The translations under genes were made by a program, and so were the position numbers. From Phoronis australis (taxonomy: Eukaryota; Animalia; Phoronida), in contig NMRA01000873.1 of assembly GCA_002633005.1 (NCBI GenBank), positions 48,192 through 112,191 of the forward strand: 64,000 nt of DNA, written 5' to 3'. A model generated the notes under the pieces. That model saw only the letters and a program-made list of their open reading frames with translations. It had not been told where the DNA came from and did not search any database. Within the stretch, counting starts at the first letter, position 1. Each line of letters begins with the position of its first letter. Of this stretch, positions 11,553 to 26,500 are shown piece after piece.

Positions 11553-14500
11553 CTATTTCCTGGGCTGCAGTTTCTTGCGATCTTCCCTCACTCTCCATTT
11601 CATCAGTTCCATGCACGCCTGGGCATCCTCATGTGAGTCGTGACCACCAACTGGAAGTAACACAGCACAACACTGTCATTTCTAGTGGGTAAACGTGCTA
11701 TGGTGGACAAGCCTCAAGACACATTTTATGTTTTTACTGTGCATTTTGTGAATCAATCATGTGGAGGTGGAATGGTTCCAGCAGAAACAATTCAAAGCAG
11801 TAATAACTAGTAATAACAGCTTTCACACATCACGCCAGTGGCGGATTTAGAGGGGGGCCAAGGGGGCCATGGCCCCCCATAAAATTTTCCCAGATTGCAT
11901 TTGGCAGTTCGGGGGTGGGAATGTCTGACGGGCTAATACTCTGCCTTGCCCCCCCAACTTAAAATCCTGGATCCACCACTGTACACCTTCACTTTTAAGG
12001 TTACATAGGACCTTATAAACAAGAGTGTGCACTTAGTAAAATATCTGGAAAACTATAAATTTTAACTCTGTAAAAGTACTCAAAAAGCCCGTAGAATTTG
12101 ATTTTTGACTTTTTACCAATCTGTTATTAATTAATTGGGTCACATGACCATGTCATTTTATTAAAATTTAACAAAACAGAAAGATACAGTCACAGCACAA
12201 CAACTGTATCAATAAAATGGTCGACATATCAAAAACTAAGTTACAGTTTTCAAAAATATTTTATTTTCGTTATATTCAAATCATGAAAACCATGAAAGTC
12301 ATACTTTACGATAACCCCTCATACAAAAGTGGAATTTTTTTTAAATTCCTAAAATAAACATCATTTTTCAAACCACTGAGTAAAGCATAGTATCTGAAAC
12401 TTTCACGTGAAATTGATAGGCCAATTCTAAGATATGATATTCCAAAGTCAGTCAAATTTGGTAATTTTTAGTCCCAGACTACCTCAAGACAGCTCATCAC
12501 CTTTAGGTTGGAACAATTGAAGACCAGTTGTGTGGCTGTAAGGCTATGCTCACACGTTACTGAAGCTATAAAGCAGAGGTGTGCACGCTGACTTAAAAGG
12601 GAGGGTATAACCGGTGGTTTCTGGACTTGAGAAAATCTGACAGTTCATATCTGCTGGAGACCATGCTTGGTGCATAAAATGATCAAGTAACAGTAAACTG
12701 TAATGTCTTTCCAGGTCCAGAAATCTCGTCTAATTTGACATCATTTGAATTGCTCAACAATGTCAACGTGGAGCGTATTATTTTACTATTACGTTATAAT
12801 ATTATTCTTGTTATCCAGCACACAGCTTTATGTATCCAGGCCTAGATGACATGAAAACTTTATTCTAGGGTGTTACTATTCATTGCAATAAATCACTTAC
12901 CATCATCTTGAATGATTTTCTTGAGGTATTCGGCCATGAGAGTTTTGAGAGCTCGTTTGTAGGGGGCGCCGAGTCGATGAGGAAACACGACTGAGGTATC
13001 AACAACGGTGCTGTGAATCATCTGGGAACACAAAAAAGATACCTGACGGAGGTGAATCTTTGGAAGTTTTGGGGGTTTATTGAGTACTCGTGCCAAAACT
13101 TCTAATGGCAAAGACACTATGGTTAATGTTACATTACAAACTACTACTGATCTCTCAGATCAGAGGATGTTTCATTTTGTGCATATTTTACGTAAATGTT
13201 TCAGAAATAAAACTGTGCGGGGTTTTAACTCAATAAGTCTCCAGAGGTTTTCATTGATTTCTTAATCAGTCAAGGTCGCTACTGCAAGAATTAGTGACTT
13301 AAAACAAGTCAAGACAATTGTTTGCTGACAATAATTTATAAAAACTTGACAAACTGACTTAAAATTTGTAACTTGCAGCAAAGAAAAACTATCCAAAAAG
13401 CTATTTAATTTACTTGCACAAATCTATTTTTATTACCTTTAAAGACAGAAGATCGCTTTCTAAACTATGGCCAATCAGAATGTTCTTATCACTGAACATG
13501 CTCAATAGCACCGCTTGAACGTCTCGCAGTTTCGTTGTAACATTTTTAAAATCCTTTTCAGTCAGCCCACTGAATCTGAAAGTAAAGACCACTGCTTACG
13601 TCGACTTTATTGATGTAGTTTGGTATCAGACTCTCTTGTACGCAAACTAAGTTAAACACATGGCATTGTTGCATATTAACAATTTTAATGGACACTCTCG
13701 CAATACATTTGTCAATTCTCTAAAAAGCAGCACCTACAATGGCGCAGATCCCCTAGAGATAAAATAAATAAATAAAATAGAATTATGAAAATGAGGGTTA
13801 CATGGCTCTTTGGATGATCAACGAATACATCCAAAGTTTGAAAGAGTGTCCACTGAAATTATACAGTTAGACGAACTTACCTTAAGTGAAGGATGACTGT
13901 AATTTTATGTATCCCCAGAATTCCCCCAGAGTGCTAACATGAGATACGGACATGCGCAAAGCGAACCATTCTTTAAAGCTCTTCTGTGATCAAGAGAGTG
14001 CTAACAGGGTGGGATGTGGAGGGCATGTTAGCACTCTGGGGGAATTCTGGGGATACATAAAATTACAGTCATCCTTCACTTAAGGTAAGTTCGTCTAACT
14101 GTATAATTTNCCTTTTCAGTCAGCCCACTGAATCTGAAAGTAAAGACCACTGCTTACATCGACTTTATTGATGTAGTTTGGTATCAGACTCTCTTGTACG
14201 CAAACTAAGTTAAACACATGGCATTGTTGCATATTAACAATTTTAATGGACACTCTCGCAATACATTTGTCAATTCTCTAAAAAGCAGCATCTACAATGG
14301 CGCAGATCCCCTAGAGATAAAATAAATAAAAATAGAATTATGAAAATGAGGGTTACATGGCTCTTTGGATGATCAACGAATACATCCAAAGTTTGAAAGA
14401 GTGTCCACTGAAATTGTAAACAGACAACAGTATTGTGTCTATAATCAATTCTGACTTCACTAAAAAGTTGTTAAACATGAACTAGTAACTCCATCTAGTG

Positions 14501-17500
14501 TTTTAGAAAGATGGAACCAGTCATTTGACCGCTGGCGATACTGTTTTCAGGGCACAAATTGACAATGAATTATTCCACCTTTCTGAGTTTGATTACACCA
14601 AAAACAATTCACCAGTTCTTCCCAAATCCAGGAATAGCAGGAAGTGAAAATGGGTCGCAACAATAACATGAGGTGCCAAGTGGTGAAGGGTGGAATGAAA
14701 AAGGGTTGCATAGAAAAGTACGCACAGGAATGGTTACAAGAACAGTAAGCACACAGTGGCTTTAACTTGCATGTTACCCTAATTATCTTACTACAAAAAA
14801 CACGAATTGGTTTGTTGGCCACATCCCATTACCTAAGATGACCATATTTTACCATGTCATGTTGATACTGACATATCCAAAATTTGGTCTCACAATTTCC
14901 CTTACCACAATAGAATTCTATTTCCGTTACCAAAAAGAGCATTCGACACCTTCACCGACCAAGGAAATGTTTCAGAGTTTATAAGGGGTTGACAGTTGAG
15001 CACAGTTCCATCAAGTGTTTAAAGTAAGTTCTTGACCAACCCCAAAATTACAGATTTGAAAATGGTGTATGTATCCATTGACTGTGACTTGAGATGCCAG
15101 CTGATTCACCAATAATTCAACATTGGAAGAACATGGTAATGTTTTTAATCCCCAATGTGCTTCAGCTAAAAACTGGACATTGATAGCTAAACAGAGACGA
15201 ACTACAGCTTTAACTTTTTACAATACCTGGTGTTGCAGTCAACAATACGGTGACTAGGTAACACTGTGCTCTCATAGACAGGCTGTAGGTTGAAGTCAAT
15301 GACGGTCACCCGCGCCAACTCAATACCTCCCGTAGTATACACCTGGAGAAACACATAATCATTGTCTTACAACATTACAGAAGGTGTGTATTGGTGTCTG
15401 TTCAGTAATATCAACCACTAACAAGACACTTGTGGCAAGAAATCACAGCTTAAACAACAAAAATAGAGGCTACCTGGATAACACATCTGCTGCACTGATA
15501 AACACAGTTTCTTCACTATGCCTTATAAACATGACTCACAAACCCAATGATCTCAAGTCACTGGCTCACAAAAACTGCTCACCAACTGCTAAACAAGGCT
15601 AACCGACAGCCAAACACAGAGCTGAACTCAAAATATGACTGACGCACACAAAAAAATCATGTCCAGACTCATGAACACTGACTGCCCAGCACAGCAGAAG
15701 GACATGGAGTCAGTAAGCCGTGACTAAAAGTTTAGTCACCAGCTTTTTGAGAACACTTGTTAAGATGTGTTTAGGTTTGTTTGGCTGTTAGTGAGTCGTG
15801 TTTGGCGGTGAGTGACCCTATTGCAAATCCAGAGAAGAATAAACAGCCTACCATCTCACAGTCCATGGCATAGACCTTGTAGTGGCCACCAGGGGGAGGT
15901 GAAGAGGCCAAAGTGCGAACAAAGCCAATCTGAGTGTCCAACTTGTTGTCATCATAGACATGACACTGTAATAGTTGCACAAGAAGTCTTAGATGTATAT
16001 TGACCGATGCCCGGAAAATGCATCCAACCTTTTGTGTTTAAACATCAAATTCTTAAAGATGCGACGGACCAAGTTACCTAAAACTAACTTTTGATCTCTG
16101 GACATGGAATAACAACACTTTGTGATTGCTTGAGATCAGGATCAACAAGTCGGCTTGTAATAATGAGCTATTCCAAGAAATAACTATCAACTATTTCCAA
16201 GTCCACAAACCACTTTCCAAGTGAGCAAGGAACAACTTGAGACAAGTTTTACAGCTGTGAGTGATCTAAGTCAAAAGTTTGCTTCTTTGACGGAACACAA
16301 GTTTATAACACGATCAAAGGGTGTTAAACTATATTTAGCTGACTCCACACAAAGCATACTCTGTCACTCCTGCGTCACTTTCTCTACCTCCCTAAAGCAA
16401 TAAAAGTATTATTCAGCCAAAGCACTTTCATGAAGTAGACCCTGTGGTTTGAGGTAGACAGATTCTGTTTATAGCTGTCTACAGCATTAGTCACACTAAA
16501 TCGATTGAGCGATGAACCAGTGCTCTGTCAAACCAATTAACTTTGGATTTGCGCAACTCACCGTTACGAAATTGGTCTTTACGTGTTCCTTAATCAGATG
16601 AAAAGTGATTTTTGCAAAGATCTGGCAGTCCATTACTGATCAGGACAAATATGGCAAATGAAATGGCAGGCTGTGATGAGTTAACTTAGAACATATTTGG
16701 GAGCAGGAATTAACTTTCAGTTCATTTCAAAGGCCAGAAATCAAATCACAAACTATTTTGACAAAGGAAGTTTAAGTGGTATGAATAAGGAGTTGGTTTT
16801 TGTTAGGAAGGGCAAGTTTAAAGCTGCTTTAGGGTCTTTTGAGTTCAAACTTGCTCCAAACTTTCAAGGGTTGATGATGACGACAACGATGATGATGATA
16901 ATGATGATGATGATGATGATGATGATGACGATGATGGGGCAGTACGAAGCGAAAGATTTAACAAAATAGTCCAAGTTAATAGCTGAAGGTAATAGGTTAA
17001 AAAGGGTCAAGTATTCATTTAAATGGTGAACAAAACCATGATTAATAAACAAATTCCAACTCCCTTACATTTGGTGTTTGACATTTGGTGAAAAATAAGC
17101 AAGTGCGTCTGCAAAATTATTGCTTCAGGAGATAAAACAGAGAATAAATGCAGGTGAAGGAGATTTTTTATGATGGCAAAAAACGAGACAGATATGAAGA
17201 AACATACGGAACAAATAACGAATGGGACCTCTTAGAAAATGTGCAGAGGAAATGTTTTAGCTTAGTAGTCAATTTCATTACAGCACTACTACAATGAGTC
17301 GCTCCCTACTAACTATTTAAGGCTGTCATGTGACGCATTATGAACCTCATTATTACCGTATTCACCCTACATAACAACTCAGTATTATACAGGAAACAAA
17401 GACAACCACGCGTTAATGGATCAATGCGCATATATCATAGCTAGGCCGTTCAATTAAGCATGGACTTAACCTTGATAAATGTAGTATAAGAACAGTTCCT

Positions 17501-20500
17501 ACCTTAGCTACCTGGCATCCAGGTGCAGAAAAATCCTCTTGACAGCACGTGTACCTTTGTTCCATAACACCGTTCACTGAATAAAAAAACAACTGCTTTG
17601 TGTTCAATATGTCGAAGGAGACGAGACATCTACAAAGATCTAGGAATTAGGTAAATACGATACAGCAAATCAGATTCTAGTAACAATAGAAAATCTTCAC
17701 AAGTTCATTTACATGTAACGAATACCCACGGATCAAGCAACACCAGTTGGATATCTCAAGTCTGGCCATGAACATCTGAAAATCCTCACAGAGCTTGAAA
17801 GTGAACGCCTTGACATGAACTGTCAGGAAACATTTTTTGGCCAGAATTTTCTCGATTCATAATTTGGTACTAATGACATTAATGCCTGCAGGGGTCTCTG
17901 TGCTCACCTCTTCTTTTAAAGCATTTGCCCCAGTGGTGCGTACACTCCTCTATTCGTAGGTAGACACCTTTTTGGCTAACAAAGAAACGAGTACCACATC
18001 GAACGCAAGTCTTCTCATTAGCTGGAAAATGTTGTTAATATTATTATTTATCCAGTTCATTTACTAAATGCAGAGCTGCCTTGGTCTTGCTGGGGATTGA
18101 TGACTGACTGGTTCCCGCTAAAACTGTGTCCCCCTCTGCACGTGTTCGAAGACAACAACTAATACAGATTCTGGACCACGAGTTAGGCACCTTCAATCTA
18201 ACCCCACCAAAAATTCCTCTTTTATAGACATAAAGGGGCAGACTCATGGTCCAGGGGTTTGAAGTTGTTGTATATGAACACTGGCAGAGGGCGATACAAT
18301 TTTTGCAGAAACCAGGCAATCATAAATCCCAAGTAGGAGCCAGGCACCTCAGCAATGGGAAAACTATTTTACAGTAAGTTCCAGGAGTTGTGATTAACAG
18401 TCGTTTACATCTAGTAGGTAGAATTGTTTTAAAAATCCAGTTAAGCAACATTAAAGTTACAACTGCAGTTTTAAAAAAGACCGTCGTCTGCTCAGCAGGA
18501 AATTGCAAACAACATCCAGAAGCAATTTCTTTCTAGTCTTTTACAATTACTTTCTTTCTAAATTTCTTTCCCATTTTTACACAAGATTGACAATGCTATA
18601 CATGTTGTCAATCTTTGCTTGCAAACATATGCATAAGACAAACATAAATTTCTGATTATGCCTGAAAAGAAAACATACAATAATCACCCATCAGAATAGT
18701 CGCATCCTGAATTCAATTCTCCTCTTTCGTGGAGGTAGAAAAAGGCATAATATGATTGACCTAGTTTTCAAAAGATTTGACCATTTAACATTTCTGAGCT
18801 GCGACAAAAAAGAAAATGATGAAATTTCATGGTTCACAAAGTGTTTTGGTGTCAGCATGGAAACGCACTATGCAACAGTGTAACTTCCTGCATAAGAATG
18901 ACACAATTTCAATAATAATTTTATTGTTAACTAGTGATTGTCACGTGAAGACAGAACTGTGGGTAAAAATAGGAATTAAAGCCAAGAGGGAGTTTTGGTA
19001 TTTCAGGACATACCCCAAGCCCAACAATATGAGATGGAGGGAAAGGGGTGCAAAGTGAACCAAACATAGAAACTCTACGCATTAAAATAACTTATCTTCT
19101 GAATATTGTGCATTTCGGTTTGGGGTGAGAGTTTTCTAAGCGGTTTGTAACCCTTCTATCCCAATTCTAGAAGTCTAAAGAACTTACGATCTGATCTTTT
19201 CTTCTCTTTAGTTGCTTTATGAACTATGGCAGCACCAGTTTTATCCGGATCTATTCGTGGGAAACCGTTTTCGATCAACTGCATGTCAGAGAGTATGTAA
19301 GGCTCCATACACTTGATGAACTCTGACTCTGTAGGAACACACAGGAAAATTGACCAATAGCTGAGTAACACATCATGGTTTTAGACATCACATGACCTAA
19401 TAATGACCAATCCAAAATGATTACAAAAGCCCTGGTCGGAAATTTTTCAAAGCTGTAATATGATTGTGTCTACAGTGACATAATATGAAAAAAACCCTCA
19501 AAGTACGACGAGGAATCAGGGTCACATCCTTTCTTGGCTAAAGCTTGTTGAGTTTACAAATACCAACAAGAGTTGCATAGCATTAATTAGTGTGAAAATT
19601 AATGAGTCTAATGATCAAATGGTAATTTATATCTTGTAATGCGCTAAAATAGTGTTTAGTAATCATGACACGACTGAGCAAGTTTACCTGTAACCTCATC
19701 TGAACGTGATGAGGATAAAGGCCGTTCGATACTAAAGCTAGTCTTGGCCGCCTTTGAACCCCCCAACATGGCCTCATGGGATAGCGAGCGTTGTCGTTTA
19801 GCATTAGGAGCTGTAAAAAGTTGAAAATAACTAAATTGAATAGCTTTTGTTGTAACCAAGGTGACAGACCACCAAATTTTACTGGACATTCGATTCAAAA
19901 CCAAACACATGGCATGCTTCAAGTAAACTCGAAAGCTGATCTATTATATGGCATGAAATTGTAAAGTTTACATGAAGCATTTCTAGTACAGTTTGGAAGT
20001 CTTGGGCCCCAGCATTCTCCATGAAAGTGGGTCTTTTAAGGTTATCTCAAACCTTATTTAGTGGCCTCCATTCTAAGTTGTATATCAAACAACCAGGCTT
20101 CGTCAACTAGTAAAAGTATATATTTTCTGAAAGTAAAAAGATCAGGTATTAGAAAAATATGTTTTATAATTATGTGCCATTGTTATTATTATGTTAACAC
20201 CTTTTAAAGTCAAAATTTTATTTAAAAAAAAGGTATATTCATAGCAAGAGAACCCCTTGGTCAATTTTAATGAAACCTTTTTGAAATGAAAACTTCGCCA
20301 GTTACCTCAAAAATGCTTTTAGATTTTTCGTCAGTTGTATTCGTCTTTCTTAACTTATCCAAAAACTAGACCTTTATATCAACAGCATGTTTGAGAATGG
20401 TTAATAAATATTAAGTTTGGAAAGTCTAAGCGCAGTTTACCGAGTTGTTTTGAGAACTCATGTTTTCAAGTTTAAATTAAGTCGATATGACGAAGCCAAG

Positions 20501-23500
20501 AAAAGGCCGATTAAGTTGTGAGACATGACAATCTAAAGGTTTTTGGTTAACTAATCAATAAAAACCTATACATGCCTTGACCATTTCAACATTCACTTGC
20601 AATGTCAACTGATGTAATTAACTACTTAATAATAATTAATTAAAACATTAATAATTTTGTTTCATATACTTTGTGTTAACTAGGTCAGAAGGTGGAGCCA
20701 GCAGTAAGTAGGTCAACAGTTCATTGTATTCACACCACACGCCGGGGAGAAACCCAGTACAATATGGACAATAGCAATAGAGTCAGCGGTTAAAGGGCAC
20801 CGTGAGCACAAAATCGCAACACCAAAACATCAAACTACCGATTCAATAAATGAACTTCGAGGAAGGTTTAACTTCTTTGCTGTGTTAGTGAACAATAAGG
20901 CCCGTGCCGCGACTCGGACTTGGTGCATTCGTTCACAACGGTCGTATGCATACAGACGCACAACTCCCTCAGGGATAAAATTCCTTAAGTAACTATGTGA
21001 GTACTAATTGCAGATCAATTCAACTATAAAATTATTTTCAAAATCATTCATGAATATATAATTTTAGGTGCCCGAAAATAATGATTAAGTATTTCTAAAT
21101 ACTTGACAGTGTTTTGTAAAAAAACATAATTATTCAAGGAGACATCCTGATTTTACAGATAACAATTCATCAAATAAAGCCTGAACATTATCCTTTGTAA
21201 AGCTGCTATGAATCACGTCCTGGGATCAAATCCCGCTGCACCCCACTGCAAGACCCTTGACTCAGGTCTCTAGCTACTCAGCTCGGTCTTAATTTGTGTA
21301 TACACCGATATGAGTTATATGCGGGTAATAAAACAAACTATGGTTTCAGGTGTCTAATGCCTGGCTGAGCGCCCTGTGCACATCTGGTTCACTATTTTTT
21401 TAAAAATTTCTAACAATAAACACTGAAGAGGACCCACAAAACAATTCCTTCATGACATGTAAAAAACAAAAACATAATTTCACCTTCCATTCTCAGTAAG
21501 ACTACGTCTGATTCATTCCTCAGCTTCTTGATTGCGTTGATGGCTACATTGAGGTAGACTGCCCGACTACTGCTCCGGTCATATGCTGCTTTTTCTTCAC
21601 TTAGGGCCTTAAAGAAAAGTATGCATATGAAATGTAACGCGTACTGACGTTACTGTCAATAATGACATATCGTGATGATTAAACAAAGAATTTCCAAACT
21701 GACCGACAGCCTTTTACGCTCTATTGGCAAACTGATACATGTAGTGCTTTTTTAAATGAACCTTGAATATGGCATTACAGTACAGCCATGGAGCCATACA
21801 AGACTAAGACAAACTTGGAAAAGTCTTCTCATGACAAGCTCAACAACTTGAAGATGTGTCAGAGTATATGAAAAACTTTCCGCCATCAATGTGATAAGCA
21901 AACAAGAAACGGAAAAATGATATACTGCACGTATGACAAAGAATAAGAAGATAAGAAGACTGCCAACAAAGATTGACTCATGCTGAGAAGAGGTCGCTAC
22001 CGAGAACAACAAAGTGATGAGACGGGGGTGGGGGAAGAGTGATTTCAGAAATTCATCTTAACCTGGTTGATATTTTACTGTTAAATCTGTGAAGAAACTA
22101 CAAATTATTTGTGGAAAACAAGGAGGGCGCCTGTATCCGGCTGCACGCAACAGTCTCAAGTACGGACTCAACTAGGTTCCATAACTTTCCACGACATTTT
22201 GCAGACTGGTGCAAATGCTGGTTATGAATTTCAACACTATTTTATCTTCATTCACAAAGTCAATTTTAGCTTTGACATGCATCAATAATAAATGTAATGT
22301 TAAATTATTAACAATTATAACAAATTAACATAACAGAAAAATACTATAGGAGCCTCTTCATGTAGCAATACTAATTAAAAGATCTCTAAATCTCTATATT
22401 TTTTCATTTAACCAGGGGTTCGGTTTTCAGAATTTTGCTCGTAAGATTTCAAGAACTTAAGAAGTCGCAATTTGGAGTCGTCGTTTCACGCAATTGGCAA
22501 CAGGTCTCCATAAGTTCGAAAGGTGATAGAGAGTTCTGAGGACAGTCAGGCGGTTATCACAGATACTACATCATAACTCATTATGGAAGTTAACACAAAA
22601 ACCCGATGACTGAACAACAACAGCAACAACAACAACTACAGCAACAACAACAATTGCAGCAACAACAACAAAAACAAACCCTTTGATAGGCATCATCTGT
22701 TGTTTCGTAGACCTTCAAGCATTCATCGATGATCTTATTCAAATAGGTTTGTCGCACTGTGATTGGCACTTTGCTCCCATACTCCGCAGGAATTGTGGGT
22801 CTCTCAGATGCTACCTGTTGGCAGAAAATGGCATTACAAGATCACAATGCTTGAATAGACCAACAAGAGCAACATACAGCGTCGATGTATGCTCACTGGC
22901 CTCTGATCCGCAAAAAATTCCCTTGCCTTCTGTAATGGTAATTGCAACAAAATTCAATTGGTGTTCCCAGAAAAAGTCAGAAACATTGTCAATTAAATGC
23001 CAGAGACTTTAACGTGCTTATGAAAAAAATCTAAATTTTGTGTAAACTTGTAGAAACTTGTCTAGTTTCAATTTCAAACAATTCAGAATCAATCAAAAGT
23101 GACATTCATTTCCAAAATTTATTTGTCTATTTGCCTCTAGATTACTTACACTCATGTCTGGCACAACATTTCTGCCAGTCATTTCTCCGTTCATCTTTAG
23201 GTGTTACAGCACTCTTAGAAGAACAAGCACGGGTGTCTGGCATATTTATAGTGGGCAATCAACTGTATTTTACTGATGCACGGCAGGGTTTGAACCTGAA
23301 GCACCTGAACACAGCCGAAGAAATTACCGTCTTAAACACCATGCCAATGCAAATAGGCCAGAGCAGTTTTAGGAAGTTGGTAAATACAGGATCCAACAAC
23401 TTTAATAAACTCAGACAAACCTCCTTTAATAAAAAATATCTAACAGAAGCAAGAATTTACAACCTTGGTGGAAACATGGGCGACTCGTTTTGTCCCCTTC

Positions 23501-26500
23501 TCAAGGGTGGAAATGATGAGTTTATCGTGCTGTTTCCTCAACAAACTGCTGCCAATCTTATTGCCAGTGGGAGTAGCCTGGAAAGTAACACCACTCAAAA
23601 TCATTATGAGATACCGCATACGGCACAAACCAAAAGAAATCAAGACAAAACTAACGACAACTGGGTGCCAGTGGAGTTCCGTCGTTATAGTGCCCAAACA
23701 CCATGACCAGAAGTCTGCTTCGTGAAAAGTATCTAAAGGCAAAAATTTGGTCTCACGCTCCAAATAATTATTTCTGAAAAATAATCAAACCTCACTTGAG
23801 CAAAAGCGCAAATACTCTGAGAATATACACGTAACTGTTAGTTACTGAGATAATTTTTATAAGTTATCTCTAGATTGTGATGCGCTCCTACTTACTTGGC
23901 TAAACCTTTATTTAGTAATTCTGAAGAGGGAACATTAGACCGTATTTCGACCTTAAATCACTTTCATGACACGGACCCCAGGATCACGAGGGACTTCACA
24001 GGAATAGTGGCCAGGTAGAAATGCTGCTCCATAATTGGGAATTTGTCATAGGGACAAGTCATTACCAGTTGTTTTCGCTACAAGTGAAATACGCCACCCT
24101 AATGAGGATACAGCCTTTTGCCAGGCCACATTCGGAGTGAACCATTGTCGCGATTTGTAATCAATAAAAGTCCCACGTGTACTAGACCACTCCTCAGTCT
24201 TGGACATATTAGGAAAACACTTTCATCAATTAGCTTTTAGCTGGTTTTCGGTACGCCAGTTATTTTGAAGTTGAGTCAGGCAAACAAGTACTTCCACAAA
24301 AATTTGTCCACTCAGTTGTCAATTTCGTGGATCCGACGTTGAATCTTTGAACTCATAAAATTAATTCTGGTATTTTCTACATTTAGTATGAACTCAGGGT
24401 ATAGTCTTTGAAATATGTATCATTATCATGATTGACACAGGCAAGACCAAAATCCAAGTTCGCACCTGACTGACCCCAATACCGAAGGTACAAGTTAAAA
24501 TGTGAACTTAAAATCTTAAATTACGAAAAACAGAACTTCAACTTACAAATCAGAGCTCTATGGATTTAACTCTCAAGTTATGACATTCAATTCTCTGAAT
24601 CAAGCCTCTAACTGTGAATCAAGGCTTGATTACTGAATAGTGATAACCAGACAAAATGATCAGTGAAGAACAAACTTTAAATTATGATTGTACAACACAC
24701 TTCCTGAGCTCAAAACAAGAGAGACTAATATGACGAGGCGTAAAAGTATTTGAATAGCAGTGTTGATTTTGCATGTAGTCTAAGATTAAATAAATGAAAT
24801 TCTGAAATAAGCCATGTTAACACTTCTAATTTTTCATGAAGGCTTGCAGTACCTCCAAGGCAGAGCACACAGGTGATATTTTTCGCAATTTAAAAAGCTC
24901 CGTCGTGTTTGTTTTATATTGGACAGAAGTTGCAGATTTTGGATTCTGAAAAAGGTTCGCAATGTCACAATGGCCACCCACCTTGTTTGAAACTGACTGT
25001 TGCTGCATGGAAATCATGCGGTTATGCATGACTTGAGCGGGGGTAAGTGTTGAGAAAGGCCGGGATGCTATTCTCCTAGCTGTTCCAGTTGACTGGAAGA
25101 AATACAACAAGAGAAACAAGGTGAGCAAAAGTATTCAACGCATATTCTTTGAGTTGTAGAAAATTCATTTGTTAAAGGGCCAGCGAACCTGTGACTTCTG
25201 TTCAGGGACACGTCCAGGATTTGAAAAGTGGGGTTCCAAATTCACAAGACTGACACTCGCTATGTGCTACGAATATGTACGAGGCAATCTGACATAACAA
25301 GACAGGAAGGTATTGCCCCAAAAACATGGCTGCCAGCATTTGCCAATAGTCAATGTGACATTTGTGGTAAAGATAGACGGTAATAGTCTGTGATGTTGAT
25401 TTTCAGGTATGAATTTTCATCAAACTCCGAAAACTAATTTCAGGTTTCAGTAAAATTTAGAAGTGTCAAAATTCTTCCCTTAGGCATGGTTTGTACCCAA
25501 GTTGTCTTGAAACAGGCCGTCTTCTTTATTTCTTGGCCACAATGTCCAAGTCATCATTTTTCAGAGCTAGCCATCCCAATGACAGTTGCAGTATGAGTAT
25601 CTGCTTCTGACCAAAACCAACATTTGATTCAGACCAGCTAGCATTATAAATTGGTCTCGTGCTGTTCGTAAGCTTGAGAACTGACGGCTTGTTACAGCTA
25701 TAGAGCAGGCTGTTTAAGTCGCTTGTCATGGCAAGTAAGGTTGCCAATACAGGGCTATAGTCGACGGGAATTTCAGGCGATTTCATGCAACCAATATCAA
25801 TTCAAAGAATAAGAATACGATGAAATGGAAAGTGCAAGTACTTCAGTAAAGAAAGTTGATGTTTTTAACACCAGAATATGGTTGATAGGCATAACTTTCT
25901 GCCTCTGATAAGGCTAAAATCTAACACTGTGCTAAACACATGTCAAAACAAAGAACTTTGCAGGAAGACTTACACTGCTGAGGGCTTGATGGGCAGTGCG
26001 TTTCTTCAGTTCAACACCAGGTAGCGCTATCTCCTTCGCTTTAGAATCAGCATCATCCAGTTTAAACTACATGGGGAACAGGTAGTAAGCATCAACAAAT
26101 GAAATTTTGTTGTAAACAACACTTGCATATCTAAGAGGGATGTTGATATTTAATTTGAAACTGATAACAGAACATCTGGATTGGGTCAAGATGCTAAATT
26201 TTGTTGTTTTCTAACTAAAGCAGCTATCACAAAACAAAAAATACACCATGAATCTAACATAAATTAGAAAGTTGACCTATCTGTAAAATACAACGTCCTC
26301 TGTGCCTTTCAACTTTATGAGAACTTGCAATGCACCTTCCATCAAAGATTTTTTAAATATTCAGCCTATGTAGAAATTAAGTTTGATTTGATTGTACCAT
26401 GATCGCAAACCATTACCTTAACACCAGGAATTAAAAAAATCTTACCTTTTTTAGTGGTGGGTCTGTTCCTTGTCTATTCAAATTTGACTCTTTTCTACTC

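Noticed and set aside
14111-14135. Duplicated REXO1 exon start as an alternative exon
   Set aside because: Only about 22 nt of the exon are repeated and they run into an N; best explained as haplotype or assembly duplication.
16697-17052. Poly-Met and poly-Ile ORFs
   Set aside because: Translations of a (GAT)n microsatellite.
23038-23706. 222-aa plus-strand ORF antisense to REXO1
   Set aside because: Non-ATG start, no recognisable motif, overlaps a REXO1 exon on the other strand; likely a chance ORF.
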